In this document: positions 1-8,641 of the stretch, one piece after another
Position numbering within the stretch: the stretch's first letter is position 1
Layout: the number at the start of each line of letters is the position of its first letter
Source of the DNA: a virus
Taxonomy: Duplodnaviria > Caudoviricetes
Virus record (IMG/VR): IMGVR_UViG_3300028887_000103
Span: 1 to 64,000 of that record
Length of the DNA stretch: 64,000 nucleotides
Direction: 5' to 3' (one strand)
The notes under the pieces: model-generated
Seen by the model: the letters and a program-made list of their open reading frames with translations, nothing else
Told to the model about the DNA's origin: nothing
The model's database searches: none
Made by a program: the position numbers and the translations under genes

Positions 1-120
1 ATAAGTGGGGGTGTTAAAAAAGAATATCTCTGTATGTTGAATAGAAAATATCTAACTGTCAATAAAGACAATTACAGTCTTCAAAAATCGGATTATGAAA
101 GGAGTGATGATGTGGAATAA
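1..120 (+). CDS. 3' end of an upstream gene (truncated by window edge)
   Basis: Frame 1 is open from base 1 to TAA at 118-120 and overlaps the next start. Confidence 0.4.
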   Translation: MSGGVKKEYLCMLNRKYLTVNKDNYSLQKSDYERSDDVE

Positions 121-895
121 GTTAGCAGACAAGTGGAACGATTTTGTTGATTTTGATGGGCAAAACAAGAATACAACCTCTAAAAGCGTGAATGGCGGTA
201 AAGGTAGTGGTAATTACGGTCACAAGGGACGACCTGGAGAGGTAGGAGGTAGTGGTAAAGGAGATGGAGGGGCACCAGAAGAATCTGGGCCACTAGCCAC
301 ACTTAAAAAATTCAAAAGGATGCTTGAAAAAACAAACTTTACAAGCGAGGAAGCCCGAAAACTAAGTTTCAACTACTTTGGGTATATGGACAACTGCCAG
401 ACGATTCAGCATTATATGAAAACTGGGGAGGATAATTATCTGGACAGGTTAGATGGGGAAGTGTCCAACATAAAAGCGTCGGAATGTGCTGAACTAATGA
501 AAAAGAAAATACAAGAAACAACATTTGACGAGGATACAATTCTATACAGAGGTATGTATGTCGCAAAAAAATCTCTTGATAAACTAGAGAGAAATGGGTT
601 TACTACGAAGATATTTCAGTCCACTTCTTTAGATTCAAGGGAACCACGAGCACTAGTAGAACACTACAGGGATAAAGAGTGGAACAACCAATCGAAAGTC
701 GGGGTAATGATAAAAATCTACGCAAAGAAAGGTCAACACTATATGGCTTCCCCACTAGCCAATGAACTGGAAATTGTCCTACCACCAGGAGTAAAGTTCA
801 AGGTCAAGAGTAAAGTATTTCGTGAAAACAAACCACCAGAAAAGAACGAGAAGGCTCGTCCTTTGGTATTATATGAGGTAGAATATGAAGAATAG
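95..895 (+). CDS. ADP-ribosyltransferase (VIP2/exoenzyme-like) with N-terminal GGKGSGNYGHKGRPG tag; true start probably 107 or 110
   Basis: R-S-E triad visible: ILYRGM, FQSTSL, NELEIVLPPG; SD AAAGGAG at 98-104. Confidence 0.8.
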   Translation: MKGVMMWNKLADKWNDFVDFDGQNKNTTSKSVNGGKGSGNYGHKGRPGEVGGSGKGDGGAPEESGPLATLKKFKRMLEKTNFTSEEARKLSFNYFGYMDNCQTIQHYMKTGEDNYLDRLDGEVSNIKASECAELMKKKIQETTFDEDTILYRGMYVAKKSLDKLERNGFTTKIFQSTSLDSREPRALVEHYRDKEWNNQSKVGVMIKIYAKKGQHYMASPLANELEIVLPPGVKFKVKSKVFRENKPPEKNEKARPLVLYEVEYEE

Positions 896-2834
896 ATTCG
901 TTTTAGAAGATGAGGATATAATTATTCTTGGAAACAATGACAAAACTATTAACGGCGGGAAGGGTTCAGGTAATTTTGGACATAAAGGCAGACCTGGTGA
1001 AGTGGGCGGGTCGGCACCTCAAGGTAGCACCAGTAGTTTAAGTGACGACAATGCTGAAGTCCTAGAGGTGGAAGCTATTGAAAAATGGTCGTTTCAAGGT
1101 AAATGGACCGATTACAAGAAAAAGTTAGAAGATAAATATTCCGAAAAATATCCAGATTATGAAATTAAAATTAAAAAAGCCGAGGTAACTGCTGGTGGCA
1201 GTAGTGGTCCTGGTTTTATAGATTATATTGTCTGGGGAACAAAAAAAGATACAGAGGATGACGACTATGAATCATTACGAGCAGAAGAAGATTCTTTGGG
1301 CTACAGTCTTGAATTAGAATATGGGAGTAACATTGTTGACTATGTAAAAGAACAGCTTGGTGTCGTGAAAACTGTTGAAAAATATCTTGACAAGGTTCCA
1401 GAAGATATGCGAGAGCAAATGGTAAGAGGGCTAGAAACTACTAAAAAGGATTTAGAAAGAGTTATAGAAAGCCACAAAAAGACCCTCGGTGATGACCTCA
1501 CGGCAGAAAATTTTGAGGAAAAATACGATGCACATAAAAAATCGATGCAGACAAGACTAGATGAAGTTCGTGCAAAGATTAGTAAAATGCGAAGTGAAAA
1601 ACGGGCTATAGACCTAGTGACAGATAGTAAAACACCAGATATGGATTATATCGGGAGTGAAAAGAAACGAATTGATATTGCCAGGAAGTCCATCGGTATT
1701 TTTGAGGACGACGGGTCACTAGCAAGCGATTGGCTAAACGGTGAAATTGGAGAGGCAAAACCAGAAATTAGAAAAGCAATTGAAAAAGATAAAGAGTTGA
1801 GGCAGGCTTGTCTGTCACAAATGTATTATGACTCCAACTCAAAGACCGATTTTAAGAAATGGCTTAAAACTCCAGTTACTCTAAAAAGAGTCCAATTTTC
1901 AGATAGAATTAACAAAGATTCTGGGTTTCTTTCTTTCTCTCAATATGGTGAGTGGGAAGGGACTGGACAAGGCCATAACAAGACTTTCCCAGGTGATATT
2001 CTAGAAGTGAAAATCAAGCCACAAGATACGCTTGGGTCAATTCCTGCTAGAGAGGGGTATGCTTATGCCGAGAAAGAAGTGATGGTCCCAACCGAATTGG
2101 TTACTGATGCGATGAAAAAGAAGAATAGCACTTATAATAAAGTAGAGAACAGCGGGGAGAAAGAAGCAAAAGATGATACGAGCGATAGTCTGGATATTCA
2201 TAGTTCTGATGGTGGGGCTGATGGCAATCGGAATGATAACCAAGCCACCAAGAGCATAAATGGTGGTGCTGGTTCAGGCAACTTTGGTCACGCAGGGCGA
2301 CCCGACTTGGTAGGGGGAAGTTCCCCTCGAGAAGCAAGTGTTTTTGATAATCCGTGGGATTCTGGGGATAATTATTGGAGACCTCTGTTAGATGCAGAAC
2401 TAGAGCCGGGTCAAACATATAGCGAATACTATAGAGATGCGAAAGGTATTGCTACGAAAGTGATTGATATTGCACCAGAAGATTATCTAAGGCTAATCCA
2501 AAAAGGTGGTCATTCAGTAGACAGGGAACACGACGATTTTATCGGATATGGTGCGAGTGAAAAATATAGAGACAAAATCTTATCTGGGGAAAAACTTGCC
2601 ACACCAGATTTTACATTGGAAGCCGATGGCTCTGTTATGGCTCAAGAGGGTAGGCATAGGGCAGAAGGGGCTAGATTGGCTGGGCTAAAGAAAATCCCTG
2701 TTATGATAAGTTATAAAGTAGCGGCGAATAATGTTGACAGTTTTCTGGAAGGATTTAACTACACAGATATCACGAAGTTATATCGTAAAATGGTAACAGA
2801 CCATTACAATAAAATTAACAATAACGAAAGGTAA
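885..2834 (+). CDS. Multidomain head-associated cargo protein: two GGxGSGNFGHxGRP tags, central ART-like domain, C-terminal ParB/Srx-like domain
   Basis: Tags INGGKGSGNFGHKGRPG and INGGAGSGNFGHAGRPD; LKRV..FLSFS..EKEVMVP; QEGRHRAEGARLAGLKKIPV. Confidence 0.7.
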   Translation: MKNRFVLEDEDIIILGNNDKTINGGKGSGNFGHKGRPGEVGGSAPQGSTSSLSDDNAEVLEVEAIEKWSFQGKWTDYKKKLEDKYSEKYPDYEIKIKKAEVTAGGSSGPGFIDYIVWGTKKDTEDDDYESLRAEEDSLGYSLELEYGSNIVDYVKEQLGVVKTVEKYLDKVPEDMREQMVRGLETTKKDLERVIESHKKTLGDDLTAENFEEKYDAHKKSMQTRLDEVRAKISKMRSEKRAIDLVTDSKTPDMDYIGSEKKRIDIARKSIGIFEDDGSLASDWLNGEIGEAKPEIRKAIEKDKELRQACLSQMYYDSNSKTDFKKWLKTPVTLKRVQFSDRINKDSGFLSFSQYGEWEGTGQGHNKTFPGDILEVKIKPQDTLGSIPAREGYAYAEKEVMVPTELVTDAMKKKNSTYNKVENSGEKEAKDDTSDSLDIHSSDGGADGNRNDNQATKSINGGAGSGNFGHAGRPDLVGGSSPREASVFDNPWDSGDNYWRPLLDAELEPGQTYSEYYRDAKGIATKVIDIAPEDYLRLIQKGGHSVDREHDDFIGYGASEKYRDKILSGEKLATPDFTLEADGSVMAQEGRHRAEGARLAGLKKIPVMISYKVAANNVDSFLEGFNYTDITKLYRKMVTDHYNKINNNER

Positions 2835-2837
2835 AAG

Positions 2838-3053
2838 ATGGACCGAGAAATTAAAAGGTTATTGAAGTTGGCAAATATCCCAAACTTCAAACTCACCGAA
2901 AAAGAAGAGGCTACACTGGAAGAATGGAAGAGACGCCAAGAACCAGTAAAGGTGAAAAAACGAACTTACACTCGTAAGAAAAAAACTACGAATGAAGTCA
3001 AAGAAGAGGACAAGGAAACAGGTGTTTTAGAGGTCGCAACTTTAGAATCGTAA
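2838..3053 (+). CDS. Small basic hypothetical protein
   Basis: ORF closely packed between neighbours; Lys/Arg-rich. Confidence 0.6.
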   Translation: MDREIKRLLKLANIPNFKLTEKEEATLEEWKRRQEPVKVKKRTYTRKKKTTNEVKEEDKETGVLEVATLES

Positions 3054-3063
3054 AGGAGTATTG

Positions 3064-3276
3064 ATGGATGATGAGAGGTTAATCGCTATCAGATGTCCCG
3101 CTATGGTTTACGATAAGAAAAATGACAAACTAATAAAATGTAACAAACTCTGTCTTAAAGTATTCCCAGGTTCATCTGGTGAAGTGATGTGTCGAGGCTG
3201 TAAACGAAAATTCAGATTTTATGTTGACAGTCAGGCGAAAAGCATACTAAGCGTGAAAGCAAAGGAAATCAAATAA
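3064..3276 (+). CDS. Small zinc-finger protein (Com-like)
   Basis: IRCP...CNKLC...CRGCK cysteine pattern; SD AAAGGAG before ATG 3064. Confidence 0.55.
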   Translation: MDDERLIAIRCPAMVYDKKNDKLIKCNKLCLKVFPGSSGEVMCRGCKRKFRFYVDSQAKSILSVKAKEIK

Positions 3277-3366
3277 ACGACTTGGAAAAATATTCCAGAA
3301 AAGAAGGTGTGGGGGTGAAGTGTTATAATAGAATTAACAGAATAATCTTAGAAATGGACTTATAAA

Positions 3367-5373
3367 ATGACAATAGAAAATGCAAATAGTCATCCTTATA
3401 AGGTGGCTTTAACGAGTGAGTCTGATGGTATGTTCGCTAATTCCCACCCCTATAAGGTGTCTATCGTTGAGGGTGGAACTGAACTAGTTTCAGAATTACC
3501 CGAAGAAGGAAAGAAAGGGGCGATTTACGTTCTAGTCGACGACGCTGAAAATCCAACAAAAGTCTATGGGATGTATATCTATGACAACGGTTGGGTTCTG
3601 GCAGCACAACCTGTTGACCAAGCAGTTCAACTAGTCGAGGAACTTCCAGAAGAAGGAGAAGAGGGTGTCCTCTATTATGTCCCAAAAACAGGGCAAACAG
3701 ACACCTACGACTTGTACAGGTGGATAAATGACAGTTGGGTTAAAGTTGATACCGATATTGTTCTATATTCTCAAGAAGGTAACGGTATAGATGGTGCTAT
3801 GACTCAATCAGCTACGACTGCAATGAAAGGCAAAGCAAAGGTTCTCACTACAGCTAATTATAACTGGAACTCTGTGTCTAAGGATACGACAGCACCCTAT
3901 GATTCTGTGGCACTCTGGCTCTTAGAGGATGGCTTATATTCTGCTCTAGCAGGAGTAAAAGTAGGAATTTACAAGACTTTCTATTCTGAAAACCCATTAT
4001 GCTACCTAGTGAGCTCCGCAAGTAGCCAAACTAAGAACATTTATACTTTTGAAATGCACCATTCCTACATACAAAAATCTTATGGACCAGTAATAGACAG
4101 ATTCGAGGTTACAGTCGCTACTGGTGTACTATCGGCATCTGCGAGTTTTGCTTCCAGAGATACTGTAACATCTATGATTACAGACTATATTAAGAGTGGA
4201 AATGGTACTCCTTCAGGAGTTCCGATAGAGGGTGCTGGTGTTTTGTATGAAGACAAGACTAGCGGAGAGCTTTACCAATACGACGGAACTAACTGGAACA
4301 AATTTACTACTAAAAACTATACCGATGGTTTAGTCGGTGTGGCTAGAGTTCTTACTGCTGATGACTATAACTATCCAATTGACAATCCAAAAGGAGTAGC
4401 TCTCTGGCTTCTTCCAGCTGGAACATACACACTAGGTTCTGGCTGTGTAGCATACTCGTACGAGATGTCTATGCAAGGGGGTTCTCCAGCGGTAGCAGAC
4501 CAAGACGCGACGTATATAGTTGGAGTTAACGGTACTTATGGACTTCCGATTGTAAAGATTAAAAAAATGGTACAAAGCGTTGGCACTGGGCTTACCAGAA
4601 ACTTTGTTCTTTCTGCAGTCACAGTCACCAACTCCACTGGGTATAGCCCAAGTGGCTTTGAGACTATTGGACCAATACCGCACAACTCGTTGTCATCAGA
4701 TAGCACAGATATTCCACTAGCTGCTTATCAAGGTAAAGTGCTTAATGATAAAATCAGCAACATACAATCTCTTATCCGTAATTTGAGCAGTGCTGATTAT
4801 GATTATCCAGATAACAATCCAGCAGGTGTAGCTTTGTGGAGGCTTTCTGATGGGATTTATCATAGCCCTGAACTTGTTAAGGTTTATCCTACTTCTGCCC
4901 AAAGCTTGGCATTCACGACTTCATCATTCTTCATTAAAGTCTCTGGCGGTCCTAATGATGCAGTACAGCTCTATACAATGACCGGCGCAGGAGGACACAT
5001 ACGATATTTTTGGGTTGACCCTACTACTGGAGATTGTACAGATATTAACCAAGTTTTTCTAAAAGGTAATGATTGTGTTGACAATTTGCTAGCAACAACT
5101 ATCAACCGACCTCTTTCAGCAAATCAAGGTAAGGTGTTGAAAGAAACAATCGATAGTATTGCCATCAAAAATGCAGGAGCTCCAACCACAGCTACCGTAG
5201 GAACAGTAGGACAGATTTTAGAAGATACCACGAATGGTAAACTTTATATCTGCACAGCAGTTTCAGGAAGCACATATACTTGGGATGAGGTAGCGACCAA
5301 GGGCTACGTTGACAATATCGTTGGGAATATCGAGTCTGCCCTAAACATAATTAACAATGGAGGAGAGAGCTAA
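3367..5373 (+). CDS. Fibre/adhesin-like virion protein with repeated modules
   Basis: Three (V/L)L(T/S)xxxY(N/D)x..VALWxL modules; two PL(A/S)AxQGKVL fibre-type motifs; Thr/Ser/Gly-rich. Confidence 0.6.
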   Translation: MTIENANSHPYKVALTSESDGMFANSHPYKVSIVEGGTELVSELPEEGKKGAIYVLVDDAENPTKVYGMYIYDNGWVLAAQPVDQAVQLVEELPEEGEEGVLYYVPKTGQTDTYDLYRWINDSWVKVDTDIVLYSQEGNGIDGAMTQSATTAMKGKAKVLTTANYNWNSVSKDTTAPYDSVALWLLEDGLYSALAGVKVGIYKTFYSENPLCYLVSSASSQTKNIYTFEMHHSYIQKSYGPVIDRFEVTVATGVLSASASFASRDTVTSMITDYIKSGNGTPSGVPIEGAGVLYEDKTSGELYQYDGTNWNKFTTKNYTDGLVGVARVLTADDYNYPIDNPKGVALWLLPAGTYTLGSGCVAYSYEMSMQGGSPAVADQDATYIVGVNGTYGLPIVKIKKMVQSVGTGLTRNFVLSAVTVTNSTGYSPSGFETIGPIPHNSLSSDSTDIPLAAYQGKVLNDKISNIQSLIRNLSSADYDYPDNNPAGVALWRLSDGIYHSPELVKVYPTSAQSLAFTTSSFFIKVSGGPNDAVQLYTMTGAGGHIRYFWVDPTTGDCTDINQVFLKGNDCVDNLLATTINRPLSANQGKVLKETIDSIAIKNAGAPTTATVGTVGQILEDTTNGKLYICTAVSGSTYTWDEVATKGYVDNIVGNIESALNIINNGGES

Positions 5374-6611
5374 TGACAATAGCAAGTGAAATAGAAGATT
5401 TAGCAACAAACTTGTCGGCTGCAAAAACTGCTGTAACCACTGCTGGTGGTACCGTTGGAGATACTGGCTTAGCGGGACTAGCAGAGGAGATTGCTAGCAT
5501 CCCTACTGGGGGCGGTGGGAATGTCCCTATCGGTGATTATGGGAAAGTAGCTTACTATACAAGACTTTCTTTCGTTATCGAGGACGTTATGGCGATGGGA
5601 TGCAATGCAGAGGTGGTAGATTCTTCTAAACTTATGCCTTTTGTAGAAGGAAACGATGTTGAGTTGCGATACGAAGATGGCTCTTGGCAAGTAGGATGGG
5701 GAGGTGGCGATACCTATACAACCGCAGAAGTAGAATCCGAAATTGGTGTTCGTATTACGAACATTGTGGATATTTTTGCAGAAGTTCGTATTATGGGAAC
5801 TTCAGGTATTGACATTACTTCAGAAAGGAAAGAGTGCACGATAGACACGTTACAGGATTTTGGAAAATTCTATACAGATAGTTCCAGTAGCGTTGTTTTA
5901 CCTAACGGTGACACCATTGTCCCTGGTCAAATCGTAGGTTATATTCTTGGTAGCGAAGTTACTAGTATAGGTAATTATTTTCTGGGTGGCTGCGACAATT
6001 TTTTAAGTTTTGATGCTAGTCTTGCTACTGGATTGACTACAATCGGTGATGGCTTCTTAGCCTATATGGACAAAGCAACTGGGGAAATAAGCCTCCCGGC
6101 AGTCACATCTGTTGGTGATTATTTCTTAGCGTCTTCAAATTTTACTTCTGTCAAACTGCCAAACCTTGTAACTGCGGGCAACAGCTTCTGTAGTATTACA
6201 CGACTTCAAGCGATTCCATCATTGCCACATTGTACAACTATTGGAAGTACTTTCTGTAGTAATTGCTCATATCTTCAATCTGCAAGTTTTTCTAGCATTC
6301 CTTTGCTTGAGACGCTTGGGGGAAATGCTCTTGTGACTTGTTCTAGTTTGAAGAGTATAAGTCTTACTGGTATGCCTAATATAACATCAATAGGACAAAG
6401 GTTTGCCCATAATTGTAGTAGCCTGGCTTCCGTGTCCTTTCCAAACAACGACATTTCGACCTGTTTCCAAGCCAGTGACACGGAGTCTTTTTCCGCAGGC
6501 TCATCGTCTGCCTTATCGTACATAGCAGGTATGTCGGCTTCTGGAAACAGTACCAATATTAAAAGCAAATTCCCTAGCGTTGCATATTACCCATACAGAA
6601 AGTGGAGATAA
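5373..6611 (+). CDS. BspA-type leucine-rich-repeat (LRR_5) protein
   Basis: Repeats such as VTSIGNYFL, LTTIGDGFL, VTSVGDYFL, CTTIGSTFC, ITSIGQRFA. Confidence 0.8.
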   Translation: MTIASEIEDLATNLSAAKTAVTTAGGTVGDTGLAGLAEEIASIPTGGGGNVPIGDYGKVAYYTRLSFVIEDVMAMGCNAEVVDSSKLMPFVEGNDVELRYEDGSWQVGWGGGDTYTTAEVESEIGVRITNIVDIFAEVRIMGTSGIDITSERKECTIDTLQDFGKFYTDSSSSVVLPNGDTIVPGQIVGYILGSEVTSIGNYFLGGCDNFLSFDASLATGLTTIGDGFLAYMDKATGEISLPAVTSVGDYFLASSNFTSVKLPNLVTAGNSFCSITRLQAIPSLPHCTTIGSTFCSNCSYLQSASFSSIPLLETLGGNALVTCSSLKSISLTGMPNITSIGQRFAHNCSSLASVSFPNNDISTCFQASDTESFSAGSSSALSYIAGMSASGNSTNIKSKFPSVAYYPYRKWR

Positions 6612-6646
6612 TAAGAAAGGAAAATAGAACAGTAAGGTTTTAGAAA

Positions 6647-7144
6647 ATGACAGTTCTTGACAATGTGAAAGAAATGAAAGGGTGGATAGCAGGGGCAATC
6701 GGTTTTGATGCATCTGTTACCACCTTGCTTGTCGCTATTTTTGGAGTGGATGCTGTAAAGACTACGATTGCGACTACGGCGACTACAATAGCGGCTTTGG
6801 CAATTATTTTTCTTATCTACAAAAGCGAGGCTAGGTCAAGAACTGAACTACAAAATCATATTGAGGAGGCCAGTGGGTCGCTTAAAGAGATGAAGCGTAG
6901 ATTCGATGATATAGACAAAGTTCTGCTAGAAATTCGTAGGTCCAGTCTTCGTATAGAACTTGGAAATGAGATGAGGGCTCATCCAGAAAACCACGATACT
7001 ATTATGAAAATGGCTGAAAAATACTTTGGGAAGATAGAAAAAGGTGGGTTAGAAGGAAACTGGGTGATGGAGGATGCTTTCAAAAACTGGGTAAATTCTG
7101 AAAAAGAAAAAGGAAGACCAGTTAACACACCGAAAGAATGGTAG
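6647..7144 (+). CDS. Membrane protein, holin-like (two N-terminal TM segments plus coiled coil)
   Basis: Hydrophobic WIAGAIGFDASVTTLLVAIFG and IAALAIIFLIY stretches. Confidence 0.5.
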   Translation: MTVLDNVKEMKGWIAGAIGFDASVTTLLVAIFGVDAVKTTIATTATTIAALAIIFLIYKSEARSRTELQNHIEEASGSLKEMKRRFDDIDKVLLEIRRSSLRIELGNEMRAHPENHDTIMKMAEKYFGKIEKGGLEGNWVMEDAFKNWVNSEKEKGRPVNTPKEW

Positions 7145-7156
7145 TATAATATAGAT

Positions 7157-7654
7157 ATGGAGGTTTGGAAAAAGATTGCAGAATACGGTGGTAAATATGA
7201 GGTCAGCAATCTTGGAAATGTCAGGAGTTTTTACAGAAAGACTAACGGGGTTATTTTGAAAAAAAGGTTAGATAAGGGTGGGTATGTGCGTTATTACTTA
7301 TACGGCAGAGAAAAACCACAATTCAGATTTGCCCATAGGTTAGTGGCTGAAGCATTTATTCCAAACCCAGATAATAAACCACAAGTCAATCATAAAAATG
7401 GCATCAGAGCAGATAATCGAGTTGAAAATCTTGAGTGGTGCACTGCCTCTGAAAATATGCGACACAGAGTCTATAAACTTAACGGCTTTTCTGTCAGACC
7501 CAGGAGGAAAGTTCTTTGCATAGAGACCAATCAAACTTTTGAAAGTGTTCGTGAGGTATTCAGGTGGTTGAAATATCCCCACTCAGACATAGTGTTTCAT
7601 CTACAAGGGAAACTTTCACACTGTAGAGGGTATCATTTTAAGTATCTTGAATAG
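7157..7654 (+). CDS. NUMOD4-HNH homing endonuclease
   Basis: [17 protein letters not shown]; [35 protein letters not shown]. Confidence 0.92.
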   Translation: MEVWKKIAEYGGKYEVSNLGNVRSFYRKTNGVILKKRLDKGGYVRYYLYGREKPQFRFAHRLVAEAFIPNPDNKPQVNHKNGIRADNRVENLEWCTASENMRHRVYKLNGFSVRPRRKVLCIETNQTFESVREVFRWLKYPHSDIVFHLQGKLSHCRGYHFKYLE

Positions 7655-7779
7655 CAGTATTTTCTAAAACTGTGTGCGAGTTGGGTGGGCTTATCACACG
7701 GCTTTAGCCCGTGGTAGAACATTCAAATAAAACCTACGCTATTTCGCACGTATTGCTATCTAGGAGCCGTCTTGTAGCC

Positions 7780-7812
7780 GAAGATGATATATGTATCGTC
7801 TTCTTCTTTTTT
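7780..7812 (+). terminator. Intrinsic terminator
   Basis: GAAGATGAT/ATCGTCTTC stem followed by TTCTTTTTT. Confidence 0.6.
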
Positions 7813-7830
7813 GGAAGGGAGGTGAGGAAT

Positions 7831-8241
7831 ATGTCTAAAAAAAGAAGGTTAAGACAGCGTATCAAGAAGAGTCGGAAAAAGGATGCGAGGTTACAAGGAA
7901 AAGATTGTCACCATATCTTCTTTCAGAAGAGATATTGGAAGGGGGGTTTGAAAGGGGAACTCAGGATGCATTGGTATTGCAGAGTGTATATTCCTCGTGA
8001 CACCTTACACCGAGAACTTCATTCATTGATAATGACAATCCCTGTTCCTCGATACTGTAGTATCAGAAGTGCTACGGAACAACTGAAGATGCTGGAGAAG
8101 TATGGTGCTATAAAAAACACCGACCCGATTGACAAAAGATTACGAGTCTTTATCGCTCTGTTCGAGTGTATAGAAGACCCCACAGCAGATGCTCTTAAAG
8201 CACAGTTAGAAATAGTGGATAGGTTTCAGCCCTCCAAGTGA
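7831..8241 (+). CDS. Hypothetical protein with His/Cys motifs (HNH-like remnant possible)
   Basis: SD GGAGGTG before ATG 7831; DCHHIFFQKR..LHRELH. Confidence 0.6.
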   Translation: MSKKRRLRQRIKKSRKKDARLQGKDCHHIFFQKRYWKGGLKGELRMHWYCRVYIPRDTLHRELHSLIMTIPVPRYCSIRSATEQLKMLEKYGAIKNTDPIDKRLRVFIALFECIEDPTADALKAQLEIVDRFQPSK

Positions 8242-8250
8242 GGGCTTTTT
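8228..8250 (+). terminator. Intrinsic terminator
   Basis: AGCCCTC-CAAGT-GAGGGCT then TTTT. Confidence 0.8.
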
Positions 8251-8641
8251 CTTGAAAAATGACAAAAAGATATTATAATAAAAAGTAGAGACTATTTTAG
8301 TCTTGTAGCTTATCAAATCATAATCCAGAAAGCCACCCAACAATAATAAATTAACAGATTCGTTCTGTGCTATTGTATACGTTGCATATAGTGCTCGGGG
8401 TGGTTTTTTGGGCGGAGAAAAGACCTAGATGGTGCGGTCTCTAGGTCTTATGAAAAAATCTGTAGAGGCGACAATATAAGATTCGTGGAGTCTTATGGAG
8501 AAAAGCCTCTACAATCTAATTGTATATCAAATACTAGAAGTTGTCAAGGGATATTGAAAATGCCTCTATGCTATAATTATTGATAGAGACGAAGAGCTGT
8601 TTAGCCAGTTCTCTTAAAAACTTAACATAAAGAGGTTCAAG

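Noticed and set aside
1-120. Upstream partial ORF as a third ART
   Set aside because: Only 39 residues are visible; KKEYL is insufficient evidence
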